From assembly GCF_037042905.1 (NCBI RefSeq), contig NC_087251.1:11410001-11474000 (forward strand): a stretch of 64,000 nt of DNA. Direction: 5' to 3'. The notes beneath the pieces were generated by a model. That model was not told the DNA's origin and did no database searches. It saw only the letters and a list, made by a program, of their open reading frames with translations. This document shows, one piece after another, positions 25,657-38,669 of this stretch. The number at the start of each line of letters is the position of its first letter. Position 1 is the stretch's first letter. Source of the stretch: Lytechinus pictus. Taxonomy: Eukaryota. The position numbers were made by a program, and so were the translations under genes.

Positions 25657-25866
25657 ATAATCGCTAGAGGGTATTCATTTGTCTCGCAATCTACTATGGT
25701 CAACACTTGATAAAGAGTTGCAGCGGCACTCGAAAGCTCGTGAACTTGTAAGCTAGTGAACACTTTTTGAGAGAGTGATCACGAATTTCCTTTTGCGAGA
25801 GTGATCACGAATTTCCTTGTTGACCATAGTAGATTGCAAGACGAATGTATACCCTCTAGCGATTAT
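25657..25866. mobile_element. Small MITE with about 50-bp TIRs
   Basis: ataatcgctagagggtattcatt..ctactatggtcaaca / tgttgaccatagtag..ataccctctagcgattat; internal direct repeat gagagtgatcacgaatttcc. Confidence 0.8.
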
Positions 25867-26530
25867 CTTCTCTATTCATTCTACATCTATGTATTATGAT
25901 GTTGATATTTGTACTGTTTTGTACTATGGGTTCCATGTGTTCCATGCTTTTCTATTATTTCTAAAATCTTTATTAGGTATTAAGATTTTATGTTCAGAAG
26001 TCAATATTTCATGTATTTGTCTGTCACTATTTCCGATCTATATTGGGGTTGTTATTTTTTTTTGTATCTCACATTATGCATAGATGTACCTTCACTTATA
26101 AAACAAGGAATAGTCATGAAAGCAGCAATTTTTTGTCTTCTTCGTGCCGTTTGTTCCATGTTTGTGAAAATAAAATTGAATGGGCACACTTTAAAAATAT
26201 ACTGAATTTGTAATGTTTTTACTGTGAATTTGTATATTTTCTTTTTTGATTGCCCATAATACATGTAATTCTTTGTCTTCTGCTGCCCTCCTTTGTCTCT
26301 CTGTCTCTTTCTCTATGTGTCTCCTATTTTCTAAGTCTCTTTCTCTGACCCTATTTTAAAGTACCCCTTTTTAATACCTTTGTTTAATTTCAAGAACTCT
26401 ATTGGTTTTTTTTATTTAATTTTGTTTCATAATCATATCCCAATATTTCGATATATATATTTTTTTTCAACTCTAGTTTCTATCCCTTTTCTTATATCAG
26501 TATTTTCCCTAACAACTCTTTAATTTTCAG

Positions 26531-26584
26531 CCTTGAAATTAGACAAAAGAACCAAGAGGAATGGAATAGATTAAACTTAAAGAG
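26531..26584 (+). CDS. KIF16B: KIF16B exon (LEIRQKNQEEWNRLNLKR)
   Basis: ttttcag|C...AAG AG|gttaga; phase 2-2; aligns with vertebrate GLEFERQQREELEKLESKR. Confidence 0.85.
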
Positions 26585-27081
26585 GTTAGAGTACCCCCTC
26601 TTTGTTTCACCATCTGACGAACCACCCCACCCTTTCTTTATTATTTTCCATTTGCACGGTCATTAGGAATGATAGAAGTGCCAAAATTTTAGTTTGGCCA
26701 TTCACATGTGTATTCAGTCTTTTTGTGCTGCTCTTTATTTGACTCACTGAGATTTCAGGAATTTTTTATGAATCTCATTTTGTGGAGGTAGTGATTTTTA
26801 ACAATTTCAATTCAATTTCAATTTATTTACCATCTTTAAAAATAATCATATCCATAAAAATCTGACATGAAATACAATTACGTATTATTTTAATATAGAG
26901 GGATACCCTTAATAAGCACAGTGCTTGTAAGCAGGGTCCCAACGATATGTTTTCATTTTGAAGCATTTCTAAAGATGAGCCTCTAAAATATCAATACGTA
27001 TGTGAAATGCCATTTTGCTCTGATTTGCTTTTTTTTTCATTTGCAGCTGATGTACTTTAAAGTGATTTTGTTTATGTTCCT

Positions 27082-27272
27082 TTGGTTACATAACATTTTG
27101 CCCCAGTGACAATTGCTCTGCTTTAAATTCCACACACCAATTGAATGACTAAGTACTGATTTAGTACTGCCCTTCTCCAAACCTAAATAAAGCCCTATTG
27201 CAACCCTAACCTAACATCTCAGAAAAAATAAAGCCTAGAGCAATTATCATAGGAGCAAATGTTGTGTCACCA
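27082..27272. mobile_element. Degenerate small foldback element
   Basis: ggttacataacattttgcccc..acaattgctct mirrored by agagcaatt..ggagcaaatgttgtgtcacc. Confidence 0.5.
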
Positions 27273-29202
27273 TTCTCTTAAGCTATGTATTTATGCTTTT
27301 ATCTGCTGTTTGCTTTGCTGATTGTTTCCAAAGCTTTATATATCATACATTTTTATGGGAGGAAATACATGTTTACCTTAAAAAAAAATCCATAATTTCA
27401 GGAGGAGTCGTTTAAGTAATTAAAAAGAAAAGAGCAATCAAGCTGTAAATGAGTTGTCCTTTAATTTGTTGGATATTCTTGATCTGCAGTCATATTTTGT
27501 TTTAAGTATTGCATGCACATTTATGAATAATATTTGTTGTACATATGAAATCATCAAGTCATTGCATGTATCCTTGTATTGTTATATTGAGTTATGATTC
27601 ACCCAAGTATTTTTTTTTATGTTTTTCCATTGTACGGTGTCTTGTTTTGCAGTGGTATTTTGTTGATGTTTACAAGTATATAATGGATGGGGATGGTTCT
27701 GTGTTTCACAGAAAGGTCTTACAGTTAAAAGTTAAATTTACAGAGGGCGATTATTGGTTCATGATTTTTTTTCATATAATTGTTGGAAAAAGAAAGGACA
27801 CTCATGCGGTTTAAATTTAGTCACTTTTTTTGCTGTCAAAATGAGTAGTTCCTTTTAATAATAGTTTGAAAATTTAAATCTGCAGTCCTATTTATTTTCA
27901 GCATGGTATGCATATCTGGGAATACCTTGCATTATGTATGTGTTATATGTTGTCCATCTGGAACCAGCAATCCTTGCTTTCTTTGTCTTGTTCACATTTT
28001 TATTATCATTGATATCTGTATGTACGATGTTTAGAAGTATATATTGGAGGGGAAGAGAGGGCTATTGTGTTAAGTTATTTGATTTTACTTAAAATGAAAC
28101 TCTCAGAGAATAATTGAATGTCTCTCATCTTGCAATTTTTTAAAAGAATTAGTATTCTTTTGAATAGAGAATGAATAAGAAAGGAGAAGTTTTTCTGTGT
28201 TAAGTGATTTAATTTTGGTAAAGGTCCTACAATTGAAAAATGAATTTGCAGTGAGCCTACATTGCTGTGTTCTGTTCATGGAGCTCTTAACCCTTTCCAC
28301 GCGTACTTCGCACCAATGCACACTCGGTGCCGTGCGAACTTCGCATTTCACACTCAACAAACAATGCATTGTTTCCCTTCCTGAAAATAATTCAGTACAG
28401 ATGGGTTCATGGTCCAGCGCACAAAGAGTTGATGTGTTTTGAGGAATGTGTATTACTGTAAATAAAAATAAATAATGGAGCAGAGGGGTTCTGTGTTAAG
28501 TTATGTAATTTTATCAAAGATCTTATAAATGAAAGTTCAGTTCAATTTATTCATTTCCATGTGAAATTGAAATTTGCATTGAGTATTTTGATAAATCTTA
28601 CTTGGTAAAAATAAAATTAGAGGTCTCTGACATTTGTTTTTCAGTATTTTGTTGCTCTTTATCTAAACTAACCTACATCATATACATATATACTAACACT
28701 ATGCATGGTACGGTAAATACAGTTGGGCTTGAACATTATATATCTTGAGGAAGAATTATGTTGCAACCCTTGCTCAATTGACCATATCTGTTCATGCACA
28801 AATGGACACAATTCCTAAAACTGATTAAATTAAAGGCCATTGACTTGTCTTGTATTTTGATGTTGTACATGTATGTGCAAACATACATCCTAACTGCAAG
28901 GGTTGAATAATTCTGCATGCAACTGAATGTCTTGTACATCATTGAGATTTGTAATAGTTTTCCTCACTGAATACAAGTTTTCAGTGTGAATTGTGTGAAT
29001 CCACATGAAAGATTCAAACATTTATGCCTGATATGCATCTATATATTACTGTTTCCTGTTAATATTTTATTCCAAGGATCTGAAGCTCCTTAACAGCTTA
29101 CACCAGCAATATTCTGAATGTTTCAAGTATTTTTTATTAACACCTGCTGTGATACTCTCCTTCAAGATTTCTCTGATCATTTTAATATGTTCCTTATCAT
29201 AG

Positions 29203-29567
29203 GTCAGAGATCCAGGAGCTTGAAGAGAAGCACAAGCAGCAGGAGGCAGCCCGGATCCAGGAGCAAGAAGCCCAGGAGCGGAGCCTGGCCGAACGTATGT
29301 CGACACTGGACCGGCTCCGGGAGGAAGGGGAGACGGCCCAGCAGGAGACGGCCGAGGCAGAGCGGAGGCTGGAGCATGAGAGGCGGAGACTGAAGCGACA
29401 GAGCATTGACATCATGCAGCAGTTGGAGGAGTTCCAAAAGGAGAAGACCCGACATCAGAGGGATATTGAGGAGCGGCTCAAGGAGCTGGAGAGTGAGAGA
29501 AACTCCTTAGATCAGATTAAGAGGATGGTGGATACGCAGATGGAGAAGAATAGACAAGAAATGGAAG
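29203..29567 (+). CDS. KIF16B: KIF16B exon, coiled coil
   Basis: tcatag|G TCA GAG ATC...ATG GAA G|gtaaga; E/Q/R-rich. Confidence 0.92.
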
Positions 29568-29990
29568 GTAAGAATTATTCAACCATTTGATTAAAGTTTA
29601 AATTCAGACAATTTTTTTTGCTGTTGCTTGCTCAAGTGGTTGAGCAAATTTCTTGAGCTTGGCGTTAACTTTTAGATTGTATCATGTATATATGCCTACC
29701 CATAAGTACCTATTCAAGATCCTATAGACTTAAATGATTTCCCTTGTCTCTATGATACACATTCTGAACAAAGGCTGTACATAATTAAGGTTTATATCCA
29801 AGATTTATGTTGCCTATGAACAGATAAATATATTTTTTTATAGTGAATGTTTGAGTTATCCATATTTTAGTACTGGCTCCCGGTTGGACCCAATAGCTAC
29901 TAATTCAAACCATGGTGTGAGCTACATGTATTCATCACGACTTCAGAATATCACTTAATATATTTCACTTGCCTTTTCACTGCTTTATAG

Positions 29991-30187
29991 AGGACCTAAA
30001 TGCAGAAAAGGCTCAATTGTCTGCACTTGAACACAAAAGGGCGGGAGAGGTATCTAAGGCTATAGAAGAATTGGCCAAAGAGAAGCAAGAGCTAGAGCGT
30101 CAGCTAGAGGAACATGAGAGGAAACATAAAGAAGATCTGAGATTGGTGGATCAGAAGGAGGCTAAGATGAAACAGGCAATGAAGAAG
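29991..30187 (+). CDS. KIF16B: KIF16B exon, coiled coil
   Basis: ttatag|AG GAC CTA...AAG AAG|gtcggt; frame-compatible. Confidence 0.9.
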
Positions 30188-30639
30188 GTCGGTTTCTTTT
30201 GCTCACAAATTCCACTTTTCAATTTGCATGTGTAAACTCCTTGCTAAAAATAAACACAATTAGTAGGCCAAAATTAATTCTGTGGTTTGTTTTCTTTTAG
30301 TATAATTTGAAAAAGGTGATATTAAGCTTTAAAATCTTAAAAATAGTAGATTGCTTGTCAAAGTAGATAAATCAAATACTAGGAGTGAGCACTTTTAAGA
30401 TAATAGATATACTCAGAATAATATTCTTAATTGAATAGGTTTAATATATTTCCATCTTGGTGTTTGAATTTAGTTTAGAGTTTAACAAATAAACCAATTA
30501 CATTTTGAAGTGTAGTTTGAGTGTGTAAAACAATAACAAGAATCATGTGCATTGATCATAATGTTGTGTTTCAAATCATAAATTTATTATCAGATAAGAA
30601 ATTAAAGTGAGGTTTTATTCTTTGTTTTCTCTTCCTTAG

Positions 30640-31734
30640 CTACAAGATGAGGTTAACATGAAGAAGGAGAAGCTACAGCAAGAAAGGGACGAAGAGCGCC
30701 ATTTTCTCCTGGTGGAGAAAGAGAAGCTGGAGGCACTCCGAGCCAAGCAGGAGATTGCTCAGAAGATCTCTTCCCAGATGGAAGATTCAGTCAAACAAAG
30801 ATTAGCCAGGGAAAGCAGTGAGATTGCCAAAGCTAGGGACCAGTTTGAAAAGTTGAAACAGACGCAGCTGGATGCCATCGAAGAAGAGGAGAAAAACATT
30901 CAGTCCAAGGCAGAGTTCTTGATAGGACAGATCTGGGAGAAGAGATCGCGATTAGAAAGTGAAAAGATAGAGTTGGATGACAGGGAGAGAGAAGGGCAAC
31001 AAAGGCTGGATAATGATTTGTTTACAAGTGTGGAAGAGAAGGATCTGCTGGAGAGAACTTTGAAAGAGGTCAGCAAGAGAAGGAGAGCTGTTCTTGAGGA
31101 AAGAGACTCTTTGGACGATGAGGAAAAGAAAGTGGAGAAGGTGATTGAGGCAGAGTTTGTGGTCCTCGAGCAACAGAAGCAAAAAGATGAGAAGCTATTA
31201 GAGGAGGAGTGGAAGAGCCTTCTCCAGATTGAGGCGGCAAACTTGGAGTTCATTGAACAGGAAGTGGTGGATAGGACAATGGGCTGGGAAAAGCAGAAGA
31301 CAAAGCTGACTAATATGGAGAAACAGCTCAAGAACTACCACCAGCAACAGAATGACTTGAGCAACCAGCAGCAGGCAGCTGTTGGGAAGCTTGAAACGGA
31401 GAGGACAACCATCAAGAATGAGTTCCATCAGTTGGAGCATGGTCTCCAGAAAGAGATCGGCCATCTGGAGCAGAAGATCATCGAGATTGACTCCCAGGAT
31501 GCAGGAGGGGCTGCCATCAAGGACCAGAAGGTCAAGGTGGACAGCATGGAACACAAACAGGCAGAGATCCTGGAGAACTACCAAGAGAAACTCAAGTCCA
31601 GTGAAGCAGAACTAGCCAGGGTCTTAGAGGAGATCACTAAGGAGAGATCGAAGTTGGATGAACTCAACCAGACTGGTAGCTTCATGGAAGGACAATTCAG
31701 AGTAGAGCAGAAGAAACTCAACTCTAAACTAGAG
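30640..31734 (+). CDS. KIF16B: KIF16B large coiled-coil exon (365 codons)
   Basis: ccttag|CTA CAA GAT...CTA GAG|gtatgt; corresponds to the 364-aa ORF in the track. Confidence 0.93.
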
Positions 31735-32066
31735 GTATGTCATAGAGATTAAGTACCAAGTCATAAGGCGTCATTGAATGTTATGGGTAAACCTGTCTTG
31801 CTCCCAACTGAGCAAGGTTTCAAATCATCTGACTGTAAAAAGCCAGCTATTCCATAATCCATCATATCTGGGCATAGTACTCGTAATTCTTAATTATACC
31901 ATTGCTTTTTTTTTCCTTGAGTCTATGACCAAGTTTGATCAATTATCGCTTATTGTGATATGTGAACACCCATACATGTATGTTGGCGATAATGATGAAG
32001 ATGATAAGAGTTTCATTGCTTGATTAATACAACTTTAATTTTTATTTATCATCTGCACATTTACAG

Positions 32067-32212
32067 AGTGTTCAAATCCTTGAGGAACAGATGCAGCAGG
32101 CCGAGCAAGAACTGGTAAAGAGAAGAGAAAACTTTGAAGAGGAGCGAAAGAGAGAGCTTGAAAGAATAGAGGAGGAGAAAAGTAAACTCAGTGATCTTGA
32201 GAATCAGGAAAG
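32067..32212 (+). CDS. KIF16B: KIF16B exon, coiled coil (SVQILEEQMQQ...LENQER)
   Basis: ttacag|AGT...GAA AG|gtaata. Confidence 0.9.
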
Positions 32213-32449
32213 GTAATATTCATTCTTCATATTTCAAAGTTAAGAATGGAGAATAATTTTTTTGATAAAGTTAGAAACTTTGAGACTGAGCATGCTTGTA
32301 AGTTGAGCCCTATACCTGAGATAACTTGGGCTATAATCTTTAAAAAATGTGGGTTATAATAAAAAGTAAATTGTGTTCAACGGGTTAAGATTTGTTTTGA
32401 AATTCATTCGAGCCACAGTCATATATTATTGTTACAACATCGAAGTAAG

Positions 32450-32698
32450 GAAGCTCTCAAGTGTCATCGACTTGACAAGGTGGTGATATTTTTATCTTGC
32501 CAGGTTGACTTATAAACAGTTGTAAGATGGCAAGATGCATAATAGATGTATCTTGCCGTGTCAACATAAAAAGAGTATTAAGTCGACTTTAATAGCAAGA
32601 TCACATATATCAACTTGTTGACATAATATCACTTTAAAGTTGACATGACAAGATAAAATATCTCACCATTTTGTCAAGTTGATGGAACTCTAAAGCTT
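32450..32698. mobile_element. Degenerate palindromic MITE
   Basis: catcgacttgacaaggtggtgatatttttatcttg mirrored by caagataaaatatctcaccattttgtcaagttgatg. Confidence 0.65.
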
Positions 32699-32748
32699 CT
32701 TTGTCTAAGGAACTTGTGCATGACCTATTTTCTTTCAATGATTGACAG

Positions 32749-32928
32749 AATAAACCGACTGGTGGAGGAGGAGGTAAAGAAGAGACTCCTAGAAGAACAG
32801 ATGGAACGTGAGAATGCCATCCTAGTGGAAAAGGAGAGGGAAAAACTTGAAAGAGAACAACAGCTGACAGCCATGAGGGTGGCTCATGAGAGAGAGATGA
32901 GTGAAATGAGACATCAACTAGCTATGAG
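32749..32928 (+). CDS. KIF16B: KIF16B exon (RINRLVEEEVKKRLL...QLAMR)
   Basis: gacag|A ATA AAC...ATG AG|gtaggt; matches vertebrate RINAYIEEEVQRRL. Confidence 0.93.
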
Positions 32929-33230
32929 GTAGGTCAAAAGAGAGGGGGAGGGTTCGTGGGAGTGATGGAGGGAGGAAAGAAAAAGAAGAGGAAAATAGAA
33001 AGAAAGGAGAGTCCAGAAAGGGAACAGCTGACAGCCATGAGGGTGGCTCGTGAGAGGATTGAAATGAGACATCAACTAGCTATGAGATAGGTCAATAGAG
33101 AGAGGGGTTTGTGGGAGTGATGGAGGGAGGAAAGGAAAGGAAAAAGAAGAGGAAAATAAGAAGGAAGAGAGAAACTAGAAAGTGAACAACAGATGACAGC
33201 TTTTACAGTGACCCATGAGAGAGTGATAAA
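32858..33230 (+). repeat. About 165-bp tandem repeat of an exon end plus intron start (about 2.3 copies)
   Basis: aacagctgacagccatgagggtggctc...gaaatgagacatcaactagctatgag repeated at about 33023; decayed third start at about 33185. Confidence 0.85.
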
Positions 33231-33498
33231 AGAGATAGATGAAATATAATGAGAGGGAAGGGGAAAGAGGAGTGATAAAAATAGAAAGAGAGATGGAACA
33301 ATCAAAATTCTTTCTAAGAATATAAGAAGGGGGAGGAGGGGAAAGAGAGAAAGAGAGAAAAAAAAAACGGTTTTGTATATGCAAATCAGGGATGCCACTT
33401 TTCAGACAAAACTAGGAATTCAATCTCTTTTAACCTTTTTCTTCCTGAATAAAATGTCCTAATGATATGAATAATTTTCTTTTCTTATAATTATTTAG

Positions 33499-33541
33499 GA
33501 GTCATTCCCTTGCTGATTTGAGGACATCTATCCTATCATTG
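33499..33541 (+). CDS. KIF16B: KIF16B small exon (SHSLADLRTSILSL)
   Basis: atttag|G AGT...TTG|gtaagt; supplies the required phase 2 to phase 0 change. Confidence 0.75.
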
Positions 33542-34849
33542 GTAAGTTACATACTCATTCAGTCCCATCACATTTTTTTTGACTTGGTAAAAAGATATAT
33601 ATATAAACATACATGTATATTAATCTCCAAAGTTTAACCCTCCCTAAAGCTTTGATATAGTTAGAGAATGTCTCAAAGAGACAGATAAGGTCTCAGAATA
33701 TTGAATGGAGAAATATGTTAAATGATGTATTTCGATAAATCTCTTCTTAACCCTTAGCATGCCACAGATACATTTTTGTGAAATCGGATTCACTGGAATG
33801 CTGTCGTTTGGGCCAAATTTTCCTTCAAATACTTCATTAAAAGAACATTTTCTATTGAATAGATTTTATGCATACAAGTCTCTCTGGAAAGACAACAGAG
33901 GTTAAATTAACCCAAGTATTACAAGGGTTATTCTCAGAATTTAATTATACAGAATAAATGTAATATGAGTATTTTAACTGACAACATAGGTATATATACA
34001 TAATAAACATAGTGTGATAAAGTATTTATATATATATGCATACATCCTACATGTACGTAAGGGCGAAGTCTATGAATGGGTTTATAATACACATTTAGAT
34101 GTTAAATCGAAGGTAGAGGGCGTTAAGGCGCATTACGAACATTGAAAGAAGACAAAAAAATTTGCCTTAAACACAGATGTAGAGAAATATATATATCTAT
34201 ATATATATCATTAAACATGTTAAATACATGTACAATCATCAGCGTAGAATCTGGTGGATATGTCATTAATGAAACATAATAATAAAGTTGGGCCAATAAT
34301 TTCCCTTGAGCTTTTGATGCTTTACTCATCGCTTAGTTGATCAACCTTGTTTCTTTCAACCCATCTGCCACTATCAACCAAAGTGGATGTTTGAAACATT
34401 GAAGACGTTGCTTTATAGCATTTCCGTTGATGACTTGGTCTGTGTCTTCTTGAGCTTTGTCTGGCCATTGTTACCACAAGTCACCATCAACCAACTCTTC
34501 AAACTCACTACTAGCGATGGGATTAACTTGGTTATCTGACTGAAAGCTCACAGTAAATGCATGCTACATGTTTACTGCATTGTCACGCAATATGAAATCC
34601 AATTTGTTTTGTACTTCATATTCATCACAGATGCCTTCAAATTCATATCTATTCCTTGTGTTGTATGCCTTGAGGTCAGCTCCTTCTCGAGGTAGGAAAT
34701 TGCATTCTTGGCCTCGAAGCCTGATGTCTCGTCCTCATGTGTGGACAGCCATATCTCATTCATGGCTGAGCCAGCCTAGGATAAAACAATGCTTATCCTG
34801 TTACCTGTATGGACTCCTTTATGAATATTATTTGTTTGTCTATATATAG

Positions 34850-34897
34850 AATGCCAACGCTGACAGCTCTCCAGAGGAAAATCATAATAGAATATCG
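34850..34897 (+). CDS. KIF16B: KIF16B small symmetric exon (NANADSSPEENHNRIS)
   Basis: tatag|AAT...TCG|gtaagt; 48 nt, open frame; could be skipped. Confidence 0.65.
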
Positions 34898-35100
34898 GTA
34901 AGTGATTTCACCTTTTTAGGACACATATAAATTTTGCATTTTTTGTCCTAAATGCTAGCAATAGACCATGTACATTCACATCATGATGTCTTACATGTAG
35001 CAATACATTCTGTCATTAGATGAGTCTTTTCTCTCTAATGTAAGATATATCATGTGCCATTATATGCTTATTGTTGTGATTTTTCAGCATTTTTAGGGAA

Positions 35101-35586
35101 TTTTAGGCTCGCCAGAACAAAGTTTGGCAGAGACCTAGTAATCACTTTTCCTGTTGGTCTGTTAGTCCGTTGGTCTGTTAGTCTATTTGGTCTGTTAGTC
35201 TGTCTCAAAATGTTAAAGTTTTTGTTCAACTTGCTCTCTTTTCTTTATTTGTGCATCAATTATGTTTATACTTAGTACGATTGATCCTTTAGGTAATACC
35301 GCATGTGTGTTCATGAGGATGGTGGGGTCAAAGGTCATATAGGAGTCAAATAGTCAAACTATATGAGGTCATGTCCATCCTTTTCAAGTTAATGTTCAAC
35401 TTGCTCTCATTTCTTTATATCTGCATCAATTGAGTTTATACTTGGTAAAAATAATCATTGGGTAATACCACACATGTGTTCTTGAGGATGATACGGTCAA
35501 AGGTCATCTAGGGGTCATGAGATCATTTTGCATATTTTATGGATCGCAAAATCAGGCGAGAAACATGGTTTGTGAACCAAGTTTGT
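35101..35586 (+). mobile_element. Helentron-associated (HINE/DINE-1-like) non-autonomous element
   Basis: T-run start, sub-terminal ctcgcc / ggcgag inverted pair, gtct/gtcc-type microsatellite, about 175-bp internal duplication containing ggtcaaaggtca, 3' hairpin aaacatggtt..aaccaagttt. Confidence 0.6.
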
Positions 35587-35839
35587 ATTTCATTTGGTTT
35601 TCAATATAATGTAAAAATCTTGCTCAATATATTTCAGATTTTACAATTCTCACCATTCATTTTCACACACAATCAACCAGAAAATCTAATAATTAATTTA
35701 AAATTCAGTTGTATTTGATCTTATATGCACACTTTCCGCACACAGTGTGTGCACATTCTCCGCTCTCCGGGATTATGTGTAGCTTATTTAGAAAGGGAGT
35801 ATGCCAATTTCTCTATCCCACTAATCTTCCCCTCTTCAG

Positions 35840-35959
35840 AATCTAACATTCATTGAGACGCCTCACACCGCAGCCCTTGACAACCCCATTCAGATCACAC
35901 TTCCGAGGTTTATGCAAAGAGGACATGGATGGGATTCATACTTTGTCTTTGAAATACAT
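35840..35959 (+). CDS. KIF16B: KIF16B exon, PX domain start (…LDNPIQITLPRFMQRGHGWDSYFVFEIH)
   Basis: cttcag|AAT...CAT|gtgagt; cf. vertebrate DPIKISIPRYVLCGQGKDAHFEFEVK. Confidence 0.93.
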
Positions 35960-36008
35960 GTGAGTATTCTTGGGATGAATAGAGGTGCATGGAGAGGGAT
36001 GTAGGGCT

Positions 36009-37612
36009 TGTTACAACCGATAATGTCACAGCAACGCATAATGTCTCAGATTGCGACATTATGCCAAGAGCGTCCAATGCATAATGTCGCAGTCAACGCA
36101 TAATGTCGTAACTTTTCTAACGCATAACATCATGATCACATGTCGCAACGCATAATGTCGCAGCAAATTTCTAACGCATTACATCACACGTCACAACGCA
36201 TTATGTCACAGCGGTATTTTCTTCAGGACTCGAGTTTCAGATAAGATATAAAATGTGTTTTCACTAAGTATTTTGAGACACGAGAAAGAGAATTAAGTGA
36301 TTTGGAAATCAGGATTACTCTTTGGATATTTGTCGGCTGATTGTCATTTCGTCTACTGCCATTTTGCCCACTATCACAAGGTCTAATATCATTTCGACTA
36401 CCATTAGTTAGTCAACTATCAGCATAGTCCAATAACCATTTCGTCTTATTACCACTTTTGGTCTAATAACCACTTGGTCTACTTTCATTTCGTCCATTTT
36501 CCATTTGGTCTAACTGCAGTTGGTCCACTATCATATTGTCTTAGCCCATTTCGGCTAATAATCATTTGGTATCGTTGCCATGGCTCCAATCACCATTTCG
36601 TCCCTTAGGCATATTCATTTCATCTTATAACCATAATGGTCTGCTGGCACTAGACCCATATGGGGACTCTCTGTATCATTGCCGCCAGTAGGGGGGGGGC
36701 CGGGCCCTTTCTCTGGGTCCGCCTATGCCCTGTCGGCGGATGGTAGAGGGTTTTTTTTTGCACGCGAGCTGATCTGAACCACAAAACAGGAGTAGTACAA
36801 CAAGTCGGCAATGATACAGAGAGTCACTGTAGGGGTCAAGTGCCAGTAGACCATTATGGTTTATAAGATGAAATGAATATGCCTATTGGACTAAATGATG
36901 ATTGGACGAGATGGTGATTGGACTTATTGGTGATTGGACCCATGGCAACGATACCAAATGATTACCTAGTATTAGCCGAAATGGGTTTAGACAATATGAT
37001 AGTGGACCAACTGCAGTTAGACCAAATGGAACATGGACGAAATGAAAGTAGACCAAGTGGTTATTAGACCAATTGGCAATTAGACCAAAAGGTCATAGAC
37101 GTAATGATATTGGACAAAGTGGATATTGGACTAATTGAAAAAATACAATTAGACCAAATGATAATAGACGAAATGGCTATTAGACCAACTGGCTATTAGA
37201 CGAAATGGTAATAAGACGAAATGGTTATTGGACTATGTTGATAGTTGACTAACTAATGGTAGTCGAAATGATATTAGACCTTGTGAAAGTGGGCAAAATG
37301 GCAGTAGACGAAATGACAATCAGCCGATAAATATCCATACAAAGAGTAATCCTGATTTCCAAATCACTTAATTCTCTTTCTCGTGTCTCAAAATACTTAG
37401 TGAAAGCATATTTTATATCTTATCTGTAGCTCGAGTCCTGAAGAAAATACAGCTGTGATATTATGCGTTGCGACGTGTGACATTATGCATTAGAGATTTG
37501 CTGCGACATTATGCGTTGCGACATGTGACGTTATGCGTTAGAGAAGTTACAACATTATGCGTTGGACGCTCTTGGCATAATGTCGCAATCTGCGACATTA
37601 TCGGTTGTAACA
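36009..37612. mobile_element. 1.6-kb foldback element with TGT...ACA ends and 5-bp TSD (Ginger-like, non-autonomous)
   Basis: GGGCT|TGTTACAACCGATAATGTC ... GACATTATCGGTTGTAACA|GGGCT; arms complementary up to a spacer at about 36683-36806. Confidence 0.9.
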
Positions 37613-38378
37613 GGGCTGGCGTTGAGGCCGAATTAAGGTAATATTTTATGGTCATACCCTTGGGTCTAGGCACATGTACAAACTCTGTGGAAGAAACAAT
37701 TATACAATGGCCTCATGACTTGTATCACTCAGCCTCAACTCCATTGCTGAAAGAATACAGGGGAGGTATAGATTTATAGAAAAAGCATAAAAAATGTCTT
37801 ACTGAAAAGAATTGTCTAAAAGTTATAAATTCATTTTGTTGATTTAGTGTTGTGTGTCATTGTGATGCTTTTTCTGCACAGCTATTTAGTGATTGTATAT
37901 GACAGTTTTGTAGGGCGGCATATTGCAATGTTTCTGTTAAAAATGTGCTATATTCTATTGTAGTTAACCCAGAATTGTATATTTATTGCAACATAATGTG
38001 ATGTCAGTTAAATCATGTTTTGGATTACTGTTGCATTGATAATATTTCGAACTGTTTCTTGAGAAGTGCATTTTTTTCTTATTTCCAGTATATGTTTTAG
38101 CCTGGAAATGTTATGAATGCTTCTTTAAAGAACTTTCTCAGTTAAGAAAATTTTCATAAATTAAGTTTAATGAATAATTAGTATACATTTAAGTACAATC
38201 ACTGTACTGCATAATTTGACCACCAACACATGTTGGACATTTACATTGAGTATAGCATACAACCTGACATGTTAAAACCAGATCTGATTTAAAGTTTCTT
38301 ATGTAACAACATTTTTTACTATTACTACTTCTTGTCCAGCATTTATATATGTTGTTTTCTCTCATGTATATTTCTTAG

Positions 38379-38468
38379 GTGAAAGTTATAAATGAATCCT
38401 GGATTGTTTTCAGGAGGTATAGGAGATTCAGGGAGCTTCATGATTATTTGAGAAGGAAATACAAAGAG
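38379..38468 (+). CDS. KIF16B: KIF16B exon, PX core (VKVINESWIVFRRYRRFRELHDYLRRKYKE)
   Basis: cttag|GTG...GAG|gtaagc; PX RRY..F..LH motif. Confidence 0.96.
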
Positions 38469-38669
38469 GTAAGCAGATTATTTTGTATGACCATATGTTA
38501 TTGTGTAATGTAACAGGTGTGGCCATGGTAGGGGGCTGCATTCCTATGATTTTTAAGGGGAAAAAAGGTAATAGAAAAAAATAATAAAAAATAGAAAGAA
38601 TGGTGTTAAAAAAGAGTGTACTTGGACGAGTATATTTAATAAAAATACACAGTTCTTGTATAGCGCATA

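Noticed and set aside
30900..31615. Antisense and alternative-frame ORFs over the large exon
   Set aside because: Shadows of the E/K/Q-rich KIF16B coding strand
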